DNA of 64,000 nt from Eledone cirrhosa (Eukaryota): the NCBI GenBank assembly GCA_964016885.1, contig OZ024743.1, positions 370,326,001-370,390,000 on the forward strand, written 5' to 3'. Positions 43,103-55,900 of the stretch are shown piece after piece (the first letter of the stretch is position 1; the number at the start of each line of letters is the position of its first letter). The notes under the pieces were generated by a model, which was not told the origin of the DNA, did not search any database, and worked only from the letters and a program-made list of their open reading frames with translations. A program made the translations under genes and the position numbers.

Positions 43103-45842
43103 CGACGTGGCCAGAGTGCTAGCGTCGAGAACGGCTTTGAGCCAGTTTTTCGACGCGAAGCACGAAGGCTGCGTTGTCCGAAGTAAAATACGTGCTCTAG
43201 GGAACGAGGGGACCAAAGCTGTTAGCTGGGCCCGCGTGACAGAGGCCAACAGTGGAACTAAATCCACCATCCGGTCTTTGCGAGACCTGGATGGACGGGC
43301 GATTCTTGAGCCTAAGCAGATGTGTGAGGCCTTTCAAAGGCACTTTGCCCGACTGTTCGGGAGGGGCGGGGAGCCGGTTGGGAACGTGGACTTCGGTCCA
43401 TACCTCGACGGCCTGCCGCGCCTCTCGGACAGGGAGGCGAAGTCCTGCGAGGAGCCGATTTCGGCCGCTGAGATAGAGGACGTGCTGAGCCAATGCGGCA
43501 AACGCAAATCCCCGGGTCTCGATGGTCTTCCTTACGAATTATATCTAGCTATGCCGGACTTGTTCCCCGATCTCCTCGAGGCGGTCTACTGCAACTGGCA
43601 ACAGAACGGGAGAATTCCCTGTACTGTGACCAAGGGCGTAGTCACGCTAGTGAGGAAGGACGAGAACAAGGGGGACGAAATAAGTAACTTCAGGCCCATA
43701 ACACTGCTAAATACAGAGTTACAGATTTTGGCCAAGGTGCTAGCAAAGAGGTTGGCGCTTGTCGTGGGCAACCTGGTGGGAGATGCGCAGACATGCGCTA
43801 TCCCGTCCAGGTCCATCCATGACAACCTCCACCTCATGCGATACATCATAGAGAGGGTTGGGAACGAACCCGGCTTTGGTGGGGCTCTGATCAACTTGGA
43901 TCAATCTAAGGCGTTCGATAGGGTCGACCATGGTTACCTGGATGCGGTGCTAGCGGCGGCAGGCTTCGGACCCGTTTTCAGGGGCTGGATCACTGCTATG
44001 CACAGCAGCCGCATCTGCTCTAGGGTCAAGGTGAACGGCTACCTCTCGGAGCCGTTCAAAATCGCGCGGTCCATCCGACAAGGGTGCCCTCTCTCCTCCC
44101 TTCTGTATGTATTGACTCTCGAGCCACTACTGCGGAAGTTGGAGTTGTTGCAGGGCATCCCTTTGGAACCGGGATTGCGGAAAGCGGTGTCGGCCTACGC
44201 CGATGACGTGACAGTAATGGTGTCGACGGCCTCCGAAATCGAGGCGGTCGGCACCTTACTGGAGGAGTACGAAAAGTTCACAGGGGCTAAGCTGAACCGG
44301 GACAAGTCGATCGGTTTGCAACTCGGCACGTGGAGGGGCAGACCGATGCCCTCCGATAGCGTCGTCGGACGCTGGACGGAGGGCCCGGTGAAGTTGCTCG
44401 GGGTCTGGTTCGGACCGGACCTCCAGGTGGAGAAAAACTGGGCGGAGGTTACGAACAGAGTGTTTGCACTGACCCAGAAGTGGGCCAGTTGCAAAATATC
44501 CCTGAAAGGTCGGGCGGAGGTGGCGAACACCTACATAGCGTCCGTCATCTACTACCGCCTGACCGTAGTGCCCTGCCCAAGGGAAACCCTCACCAAGATG
44601 GAGCGCGCGCTCTTCCAATTCCTTTGGAAGAGGCGGGCTCCTATGGTGAGGAGATCCATCTGCTGTCAACACCCTTCGAAAGGAGGGCTGGGGATGCCGT
44701 GGCTAATGATGCGTAAACACGCATTAAGGCTACGGCACCTCTACGTATTCCTCACCGGACAACCGGTGTGGGCCTCGTTTGTGAGACGAACCTTTCCCAG
44801 ACTCGTCTCACTCACCGAGCTGCAATCCTGGGTCAAGCAAAGACCGAGAAAACTGGGCGCCTGGCACACTGAGTGTGCCCAGGCGCTCACCGCCCTCTGG
44901 CAGGCGGATCCGGTTATCAGTGGAGACTCCACCGCAACATTCTATAGAGGGCTGGTACGCAGCAGGTGCGACGACGCCCTCGGAGAAGCCCTAGACATGG
45001 AGGAGGACGAACTGGCCAGCCTTTTCGGTAGGACATTCAGCCCGGGACCTATGGACAACTTCCAGAAGTCCCTGGCCTGGCAGTGCTACCGAGGGGCTTT
45101 ACCCGTTCGAGAAAGGCTCTACAGACACGGGCGCCCGGGTAGGGACCCCGCCAAAAAGATCTGTCCCAGATGCGTGTGCGACGAGGAAACCGTTGCACAC
45201 GCATTAGTACACTGCTCGGGCGTAGCCGATCTGTGGGGCTATGTCGAACAACTGCTGTCAAGGGTGGGACCGATCCGGTTGACCACCGAGTCTATTGTAA
45301 TGATCAAGCCGCCTCCCCCCTTCAAAGATGAAGCAGAGGCGGTGTTTCTGTGCGTAATAGCCATGGCGAAAGAGGTTGTATGGTGGACGCGTCTGAAAGG
45401 ACTGAGGTCGGGCACCTTTCTCTCTGGCCAACAACTGGTCCGTTTCTTCCGATATCATTTCGGAAGAAGGATCAGGATGGAGAGAGAGGTGCTGCACCCC
45501 AGCCGTTTCTATGAAAGATGGGTGAAAGTGGCGAGAATGGCCCGTGTGAATGGGCCTTCACTCTACATCAGACTATAGGTGAGGAAGATGAAAGACCAAG
45601 GGAGCACCCCTTCTCTGTGCTCCTGAGGAGAAGGGTTGCACACTTTTTTCGGGGGTGTGTGCGACCCCCCAAGGCGCCTCCTCTCTATTGAGGATTTTGT
45701 TAAAAATTTTATTTTTTGTTATATCTTATTTTATTTTTATATTTTGTTATTGCCTCCTCCTTATTGAGGACGCCTTTTTGTGTAAACTCCCCCCTTTGTA
45801 CTTGTCCCACTTTTGATGCCCTAGTGGCAAATAAAAGAAATA
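43103..45842 (+). mobile_element. Young 5'-truncated Tx1/L1-like LINE with a 20-bp TSD
   Basis: TSD TATATATTTATTTGTTGCAG at 43083-43102 and 45843-45862. AATAAA at 45830. Markedly GC-richer than the flanks. Confidence 0.93.
43107..45578 (+). CDS. LINE ORF2 fragment: uninterrupted RT plus C-terminal CCHC finger (no APE, no native start)
   Basis: KSPGLDGL, FRPITLLN, DQSKAFDRV, IRQGCPLS, AYADDV and CPRC...HALVHC. 823 codons without a stop. Confidence 0.9.
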   Translation: MARVLASRTALSQFFDAKHEGCVVRSKIRALGNEGTKAVSWARVTEANSGTKSTIRSLRDLDGRAILEPKQMCEAFQRHFARLFGRGGEPVGNVDFGPYLDGLPRLSDREAKSCEEPISAAEIEDVLSQCGKRKSPGLDGLPYELYLAMPDLFPDLLEAVYCNWQQNGRIPCTVTKGVVTLVRKDENKGDEISNFRPITLLNTELQILAKVLAKRLALVVGNLVGDAQTCAIPSRSIHDNLHLMRYIIERVGNEPGFGGALINLDQSKAFDRVDHGYLDAVLAAAGFGPVFRGWITAMHSSRICSRVKVNGYLSEPFKIARSIRQGCPLSSLLYVLTLEPLLRKLELLQGIPLEPGLRKAVSAYADDVTVMVSTASEIEAVGTLLEEYEKFTGAKLNRDKSIGLQLGTWRGRPMPSDSVVGRWTEGPVKLLGVWFGPDLQVEKNWAEVTNRVFALTQKWASCKISLKGRAEVANTYIASVIYYRLTVVPCPRETLTKMERALFQFLWKRRAPMVRRSICCQHPSKGGLGMPWLMMRKHALRLRHLYVFLTGQPVWASFVRRTFPRLVSLTELQSWVKQRPRKLGAWHTECAQALTALWQADPVISGDSTATFYRGLVRSRCDDALGEALDMEEDELASLFGRTFSPGPMDNFQKSLAWQCYRGALPVRERLYRHGRPGRDPAKKICPRCVCDEETVAHALVHCSGVADLWGYVEQLLSRVGPIRLTTESIVMIKPPPPFKDEAEAVFLCVIAMAKEVVWWTRLKGLRSGTFLSGQQLVRFFRYHFGRRIRMEREVLHPSRFYERWVKVARMARVNGPSLYIRL

Positions 45843-45862
45843 TATATATTTATTTGTTGCAG

Positions 45863-46100
45863 GGAAATATATGCTGGTCTCATCAATGGGTTTACCTAAC
45901 CAAAATACATCTTTGAAAATGAAAGAATTCTATGGAAATATGCACAGTATTAGTTTCTACTATCACATGTCTGGAAAAAACATAGGAAACCTAAATATCT
46001 ATGTTCAAAATAATTCTAGCGAACTTAAAATTCACACTATAGCAGGCAATCAAGGTGATGGATGGAAATATTCATGTATTCCTCTACAAGTGAATTATGG
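45863..46100 (+). CDS. SRCR/MAM-domain protein, exon (MAM1 middle)
   Basis: TTGCAG acceptor and GTAAGA donor. GKYMLV...ISFYYHMSGKNIGNLNIYV...GNQGDGW. Phase 1-2. Confidence 0.88.
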
Positions 46101-46279
46101 GTAAGAAAAATATTTTGGTTTTAATATCTTATGGATTTTGTAGAAATGCTGGAGCCAAAGTTTTAAAAAGGCAAATCAGTTCTTTTGCACTCTATCAAAA
46201 ACCCTGTTATAAAGATACAATTGTTCACCTTTAACATTCCATAAAATAAAGGTACAACTGTCTTTAACATTCTACTTAA

Positions 46280-46857
46280 TAATTGTTTCTACTTTAGGCA
46301 CAAGGCCAGCAATTACCCAGTGCATTACTGGTACTTTATTTTATCGACCCCGTAAGGATGAAAGACAAAGTCAACCTCGGCGGGATTTGAACTCAGATCG
46401 TAAAGGGACGTAACTATGCTGGAAAGCATGGCGTCCGACCCTCTACTGATACTGCCAATCCACCGCCCTACTTAATAATGATATAACAATATGCCTCTGA
46501 TTTCACCTCTTACCCCCTATTTAATAATTGTTTCTACTTTAGGCACAAGGCCAGCAATTACCCAGTGCATTACTGGTACTTTATTTTATCGACCCCCATA
46601 AGGATGAAAGGCAAAGTTAACCCCTATATTTAATAATGATTTATCCATTCACATCTAATAAATAATTGTTTCTACTTTTGGCACAAGGCCAGCAATTACC
46701 TCAGTGCATTACTGGTACTTTATTTTATTGACCCCCATAAGGATGAAAGGCAAAGTTAACCTCGGCGGGATTTGAACTCAGAATGGCAAGGGCCTTAACT
46801 CTATGCATCAAAGCATGACGTCCGACCCCCTACCGATACTGCCAATCCACCACCCTA
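46280..46857 (-). mobile_element. Three tRNA-derived SINE copies (Nin-like central domain, Octopus OR-like)
   Basis: Minus strand TGGCAGTATC...GAGTTCAAATCCC...TTTGCCTTTCATCCTT...GGGGTCGATAAAATAAAGTACCAG with an (ATT)n tail. Each copy has its own TSD. Confidence 0.85.
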
Positions 46858-49031
46858 ATTCACATCTAATAAATAATGTCACCAAAAACCAAAATTTAAT
46901 GTGTTGAATACAAATTTGTGTTGAAAGTTTATAATCAACTGAACTAACTTCAGAACAAAGAGTGATGAAACTCAGTATTAAAATGTTTTGACTGAAATTA
47001 AACAAATGTTGATTATAAGCACAAATAAGCACAAAGCCTTAGGTTTTGGGCTAAGGATCGGTCAATTATATTGACACAGCTAGAAGTAAAGGAAATATAT
47101 AATTACATTAATTAAAATTTAAAGAAATCAGTTGCATGGAAGGAAGGTTTATAAACCTTTTAGTTTTTCATCAGGTGCAAGGCTCATTTCGAGCCATTTA
47201 GATCCAAATCATCTTAGAACCAATTTTGGTTTAATATGTATTTTTCTTAGAAGCCCTAGCTTGAATTATTGGGTATAGAAGATGCTAAGAATTGTGTGAA
47301 AATTAACTTCAGCAATTGTAAATCAAGTCAGTACTTTAACATAAAACTATCACTGGTTGTTTATCACTGGTTAAAAATTTAAGATGCAGTCATTTCAGTT
47401 TCAATTTATTAGCAATGAAAATATAGTTATAAATACAAACAAAATATTCTTATAGATTACAAATGCAAACAAAATATACTTACATAGAAAAATAAAAGTC
47501 CTGAGTTTTAAAACCTCTGATCTTAATCAGTTTCAAGTAGAAAACCTCTGATGTGCAAATCCCACCTAAAAAGGTATAATAAAAAAAGTGAAAGGTGCTT
47601 AAAATAAATCATGTTAAAATGAATAAGTGCCTTTTGTATCATCTTTTCTTTCTAAGATTGCAACAGCTTATCTGTCTGTTGATTGATCTCTCATATTTTA
47701 AAATTATTTGTTAAAATTTTTTCTAAAAAATATTACATAATTCCTCTCTCTAAAGCAAGCACCAATTACTCCAAATTTTTGCTGTTTATGGTATTGACTT
47801 GTATCAATGAAAATCACCATTTTTCAATTTCTTCCTCTCAAATCAGTCATATCAACTCTCCATATGAAAACTATTAACCACAATACTTGATGACTTTGCA
47901 TACTTGTTGATACATTGTTTCTATAATTTATACTTCTCAATTAGCTGTCTACTTTCTCTTTTCCCTAATTCCTTTTCCCATTGCCGTCATTATATCTCAT
48001 CTCCTACTCAAAATACTTTTTCTATTCATTTTTAGAACTGCCACTCACTAGAATCCACTGCCTGTTCACACTTTTCTTGTAGACATTGATTTAAAACTTT
48101 TCAATCTGAGTATAATGTGTATTGATCAAACTATCCAGGTTGCTTTAAAAGACTGAATTTCTTTCCAATCTTTGGGGTTAGAAAATACTTTGAATAATTT
48201 CCAACTCCCAAAAAGCAGATTTGTATACTTTCTGATTCTCTCCAAGCATCTTTCAACAGTTGCTAACCTATTAAAGATATTTTCCAAGAGTGGTTGCTTG
48301 CCTAGTAGTTCCGCTGGTAGATAGTATCACCAATGGAAAGACCAATGGGAACATTGTTTCCTTGGTCTCCTCTGATGAGTTTCACCTCACTCAGTAAGCA
48401 AATAAGGTCTGGTATCTTGTCGATTTAGATCAATTATAAAGTACAAGAGCAGCTGTCATTAGAATATTAATTACAAAATTGGAACTCTACTGAATATACA
48501 CTTGCACAAACATTTTGGACTGTATTAAAAATATTGCAAACCAATCAACAGTTTTTTAACTAGACTGCCTTCCAGTACACTTCTATCAGAAAACAAGAAT
48601 ATCTAATGGCACCTTTCCTAAGATCATAAGGCTTGATTTGAGGGTGATTTGGTTAATTTTTCAAACCAGTTGAGTGACCTCACAAAATATCTTTCATTGG
48701 ATTAAATGTTTCATTGTCATTCTCTTTTTGGAGTTGAGATGATTAAACTTAAAAACACTACTTTTACACTTTTATCTTTAAAGTATTTATAAATCTAAAC
48801 TTATTGTGATGAAACCTGTTCAGTATACTTTTATAAGTTGGGATTCTAATGAAGGCTAAGATTCAGTCCTGGTCATTCAATTTGGTAGCCATGAAAAGCC
48901 AAACAGCTCGCAAACATTTTCTTTATATAATATTGATTTATAAAGCTTTGACTGATTATGTTTGCAAGCTGTTTGGCTTTTCAATATTTTCTTCAACATT
49001 GTGATAGCTTTTATTAATTTATCACCCAAAG

Positions 49032-49129
49032 GTATAACCAAATCATATTTGAAGCTGTCCAAGAAACCGATTTTAAAAACAATGATATTGCCCTTGATGA
49101 TGTGATCTTATCAACAAATAACTGTTCAG
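49032..49129 (+). CDS. SRCR/MAM-domain protein, exon (MAM1 C-end)
   Basis: YNQIIFEAV...DIALDDVILSTNNCS and a GTGAGG donor. Phase 2-1. The acceptor is AAG and weaker. Confidence 0.85.
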
Positions 49130-49628
49130 GTGAGGAAATAAATATATTATTGTTTGTTATTTATATTTTTTTGCTGATAATCAGTTATAACAATTACATT
49201 TAAACATGCTTCTCTGACAAAGTGTGTAAATATATATATGTTTGAGAATATATGTAAATGTTAGTGTATAAGTGAGTGTTTGTATGTGGAATATATGTGA
49301 ATGAGTGTGTGTATTCCATTACAATTCATGATGAAAGGAATAAATAAATAAATCAAAGCTTAAAAAAGTTCATTAACAATTCTATACATGCTTTTGTCTA
49401 AAATATTATAAATAATTAACTAACATACTCTATCTCCTATATACTGGCCTATGGTTTTAATATTTATCTAATTTGGTCTACATTATAGGACAGATTAGCT
49501 AAAATTTGCTCCATATGAAATTTAGGGTTGTTAGTCATATACTAGACATATGGACAGCATACATTAGTACATCATACAGTAATATAACATACAGTAATAT
49601 AAAATACAGTAATACACCATACAGTAAT

Positions 49629-49965
49629 ATCATCATCATCATCATTTCATTTTACGTCCGCTTTTTCCCTGCTTGCAAGGGTGGGACGGGAACTGATTTT
49701 GGCTTGATTTCTACAGCTGGATGCCCTTCCTAACACCAACCTCTTTACAGTGAGTGCTGGGTGCTTTTTTGCCGTGGCACCTGCACGACCACTTTGCAGT
49801 GGAATGATATGGATCCCAGTCCCTATCATCTCATTTCTACAGCTGAGTAAACTGGAGCAATGTGAAATAAAGTGTCTTGCTCAAGGAAACAACACATCAC
49901 CCGGTCTGAGAATTGAACTCACAACCTTTCGATTGCAAGGCCAATGCTGTAACCACTAAGCCATG
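49629..49965 (-). mobile_element. Full-length tRNA-derived SINE with an RTE-derived 3' tail
   Basis: A-box TGGCTTAGTGG, B-box GAGTTCAATTC and central GGAAGGGCATCCAGCTGTAGAAA. The last ~42 nt are nearly identical to the RTE 3' end at 17019-17060. (GAT)n tail. Confidence 0.85.
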
Positions 49966-49967
49966 TA

Positions 49968-52900
49968 TTATACCATAGAGTAATATAGCATAAGTAATAT
50001 ACCATACAGTAATATACCATACAGTAATATACCATACAGTAATATATCATAGAGTAATATACCATACAGTAACACAACATACAGAAATACACCATACAGT
50101 AATATACCATACAGTAATACACCATATAGTAGTATAGCATACAGTAATATACCATACTGTAATACACCATACAGTAGCATACCATACATTTATATACAAT
50201 ACAGTAATACACCATGCAGTAATACACCATACAGTTATATAACATACAGTAATATACCATACAGTAATATACCAAACAGTAACACAACATACAGTAATGT
50301 TCCATAGAGTAACACAACATACAAAAATACAACATAGATTAATTCAAGATACAGTCACACACCATCCAGTAATACACCATACAGTAATATACAATCCAGT
50401 AATATAAAATATGGTAATATACCATACAGTAATATATCATACAGCAATACAACATACAGTAATATACCATACAGTAATATACCATAGAATAATATACCAT
50501 ATGGTAACACAACATACATAAATACACCATAGATTAATTCAACATACAGTCACACACCATACAGTAATATACCATACAGTAATATACCATAGAGTAAAAT
50601 ACGATACAGTAACACACCATACAGTAATATACCATACAGTAACAGAACATACAGAAATACACCATAGATTAATTCAACATACAGTTACACACCATACAGT
50701 AATATACCATATAGTAATATACCATAAAGTAATAAAGTAATATACCATACAGTAATATACTATACAGTAATATACTATAGAGTTATATACAATAGAGTAA
50801 TATACCTTAGAGTAATAGAACATAAGGTAATATTCCATAGAGTAATATACTATAGAGTAATATACCATACAGTAATGCACCATACATTAATGCACCATAG
50901 AGTAATATACCATACAGTAATATAATATACAGTAATATACCATACAGTAACACACCATACAGTAATATACCATTACAGTAATATACCATAAAGTAATACA
51001 GTAATACACTATACAGTAATATACGATACAGTAATATACTATACAGTAATATACGATACAGTAATATACCATAGAGTAATATACCATAAAGTACTACAGT
51101 AATATACTATACAATAATATACAATACAGTAATATACTATAAGTAATATACCATAGAGTAATACACCATATAGTAATATACCATACAGTAATACACCATA
51201 CAGTAATATACCATACAGTAATATACCATACAGTAATACACCATACAGTAATATACCATACAGTAATATACCATACAGTAATATATCATAGAGTAATACA
51301 CCATGCAGCAATACACCATACAGTTATATACCATACAGTAATATACCATAGAGTAATATACAGTAATATACAGTAATATATCATACAGTAATACACCATA
51401 CAGTAATATATCATACAGTAATACACCATACAGTAATAAACCATACAGTAATATACCATACAGTAATATATCATAGAGTAATACACCATGCAGTAATACA
51501 CCATACAGTTATATACCATACAGTAATATACCATAGAGTAATATACCATAAAGTAATACAGTAATATACTATACAATAATATACAATACAGTAATATACT
51601 ATAAGTAATATACCATAGAGTAATACACCATACAGTAATATACCATACAGTAATATATCATACAGTAATACACCATAGAGTAATATACCATACAGTAGTA
51701 CACCATGCAGTAGTACACCATGCAGTAGTACACCATAGAATGATACACCATACAGTAGTACACCATACATTAATACACCACACAGTAACATACCATACAG
51801 TAATATACTATACAGTAATATAGCATACAGTAGTAGACCATACAGTAAAACACCATACAGTAATATACCATAGAGTAATACAGCATACAGTAATATACCA
51901 TAGAGTAGTATACCATGGAGTAATGCAACATACAGTAATATACCATACAGTTATAGCCCATCGGGTAATATACAATAGAGTAATACACCATACAGTAATA
52001 TACCATACAGTAATATACCATGGAGTAATACAACATACAGTAATATACCATACAGTTATACCCCATAGGGTAATATACAATAGAGTAATGCACCATACAG
52101 TAATATACCAGACAGTAATATACCATACAGTAATATACCATACAGTAATATACCATACAGTAATATACCATTCAGTAATACACCAGATAGAAATATACCA
52201 TACAGTAATATACCATACATTAATATACCATACAGTTATATACCATACAGAAATACAATTTACAGTATTATAACATACAGTAGTACAACATACAGTAATA
52301 TACCATACAGTATTATACCATACAGTAGTGCAACATGCAGTAATACACCATACAGTAATATACCATGGAGTAATGTAAAATACAGTAATATACCATACAG
52401 TAATAAGCCATAGAGTAATATAACATAAAGTAATACATCATACTGTAATATACCATACAGTAATACACCATACAGTAACACTATACAGTAACACTCCATA
52501 CAGTAATATACCATACAGTAATGCACCATACAGTAACACACTATACAGTAACACTCCATACAGTAATATACCATACAGTAATACACCATACAGTGTTATA
52601 TATTAGAGTAATACACCATACAGTAATTTACCATAGAGTAATACACCATGCAGTAATATACCATACAGTAATATACCATACAGTAATATACCATACAGTT
52701 ATATACCATTCAATAATATACCATACAGTAATATACCATAGAGTAATATACCATACAGTGATATACCATACAGTAGTATACCATACAGTAATATACCATG
52801 CAGTAATATACCATAGAGTAATATACCATAGGGTAAGACACCATACAGTAATATACCGTACAGTAATACACCATATAGTAATATACCATACAGTAATACA

Positions 52901-55900
52901 CCATACAATAATACATCATACAGTAGTATACCATACATTTATTAACCATAGAGTAATACACCATGCAGTAATACATCATACAGTTATATACCATACTGTA
53001 ATATACCATACAGTAATATACCATACAGTAATATATCATACAGTAATACACCATACAGTAATACAACATACAGTAATACACAATACAGTAATACACATAG
53101 AGTAGTACAACATGCAGGAATACACCATACAGTAATATACCATACAGTATATAAAATACTGTTATACACCATACAGTAATATATCATACTGTAATATACC
53201 ACACAGTAATATACAATAGAGTAATATACCATACAGGAATACATCATACAGTAATATACAATGCAGTAGTACAACATGCAGTAATACACCATAAAGTAAT
53301 ATACCATACAGTAATATACTATACAGTAATATATCATAAGTAATATACCATAGAGTGATACACCATACAATAATACACCATAGAGTAATACACTATACGA
53401 TAATACACCATACACCATATAGTAAAGTATCATACAGTAATACACAATCCAGTAATATACCATACAGTAATATACCATACAGGAGTACAACATACAGTAA
53501 TATACCATAGAGTAACACAACATACACTAATAAACCATACAGTAACACAACATAGAGAAATACAACCTAATTCAACATACAGTCAGACAGCATACAGTAA
53601 TACACCAAACAGTAATATACCATACAGTAATACATCATACAGTAATATACCATACTGTATTATACCATACAGTAATATACCATACAGTAATACATCATAG
53701 AGTAAAGCAACATACAGTAATACACCATACAGTAATATACTACACAGTAATATACCATAGAGTAATACACCATACAGTAATACACCATATAGTAATATAT
53801 CATAATGTAGTACAACATACAGCAATATATTATACAGTAATATGCCATAGAGTAATATACAATACAGTAATACATCGTACAGTGATATATATTAGAGTAG
53901 TACACCATACAGTAATTTGCCATACAGTAAATACCATAGAGTAAAACACCATAGAGTAATACATCATACAGTAATATAACATACTGAAATACACCATACA
54001 GTAGTATACCATACAGTAAAATACCATACAGTAATATACCATACAGTAATACACCATACATTAATATACAATGCAGTAATACACCATGCAGTAATGCACC
54101 ATACAGTTATATACCATACAGTAATATACCATAGAGTAATATACCATAAAGTAATACAGTAATATACCATACAGTAATATACGATACAGTAATATACTAT
54201 ACAGTTATATACAATTGAGTAATATACCATACAGTAATAAAACATACAGTAATATACCATACAATAATATACCATACGGTAATATACCAAACAGTAATAC
54301 TCCATACAGTAATATAACATACAGTAATACACCATACAGTAATATACCATACAGTAATAAAACATACAGTAATATACGATACAATAATATACCATACGGT
54401 AATACACCAAACAGTAATACTCCATACAGTAATATACCATACAGTAATACATCATACAGTAATATACCATAGTGTAATACATCATACAGTAATGCACCAT
54501 ACAGTAATATAGCATACAGTAATTCACCATAGAGTAATATACCATACAGTAATACACCATAGGCTAATATAATACACAGTAATACACCATACAGTAATAC
54601 AACATACAGTAATATACCACACAGTAATATACAATGCAGTAATATACCATACAGTAATACACCACCCAGTAATATATCATAAAGTCGTACCATACAGTTA
54701 TATACAATACAGTAATATACAATACAGTAATATACAATACAGTAATATACAATACAGCAGAGAGTTATATACCATACAGTAATATACGATGGAGTAATGC
54801 AGCGAACAATAATATACCATACAGTAATACACCATACAGTAATACACCATATAGTAATATACGATACAGTAACACAACATACATAAATACACTATAGATT
54901 AATGTAACATTCAGTTACACACTATACAGTAATATACCATAAAGTAATACAGTAATATACCATACAGTAATATACAATACAGTAGTACAACATACAGTAA
55001 TACACCATAGAGTAATATACCATACAGTAATATACTATACAGAAATATAGGATACAGTAGTACACAATAGAGTAATACACGATACAGTGATACAACATAC
55101 AGTAATATACCATACAGTAATACACCATACAGTAATATACCTTACAGTAATATACCATACGATAATACACCATACAGTAATATACTATACAGTAATATTC
55201 CATACAGTAATATACCATACAGTAATATACCATACAGGAATATACCATGCACTAATACACAATACAGTAATACACAATATAGTAATACACCATACAGTAA
55301 TATACCATACAATTATACACCATACAGTTATACACCATACAATTATAAACCATACAGTAATATAACATACAGTAATACACCATACAGTAATACATTATAC
55401 AGTTATATACCATACATTAGTACAACATGCAGTAATACACCATAGACAAATATACCATACAGTAGTATAACATGCATTAATACGCCATAAAGTAATATTC
55501 CATACACTAATATACCACGCAGTAAATAACCATACAGTAACACAACATAGAGTAATAGACTAGCCAGAAATACAACACAGAGAAATACAACATAAATTAA
55601 TTCAACATACAGTCACACACCATACAGTAATAGATCATACAGTAATATACCATACAGTGATATACCATACAGTAATATAAAATATGGGAATATAACATAC
55701 TGTATATACCATACAGTAATACAGTAATATACCATACAGTAATATACCCTACAGTAATATACCATACAGTAATACACCATGCAGCAATATACCATACAGT
55801 AATACATCATAGAGTAGTGCAACATAGAGTCATACACCATACAATAATATGCCATACAGTAATATACCATACAGTAATACACCATACAGTAATATACCAT

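Noticed and set aside
48370-48400. CTGATGAG hammerhead-like seed
   Set aside because: No stem II/GAAA/stem I completion.
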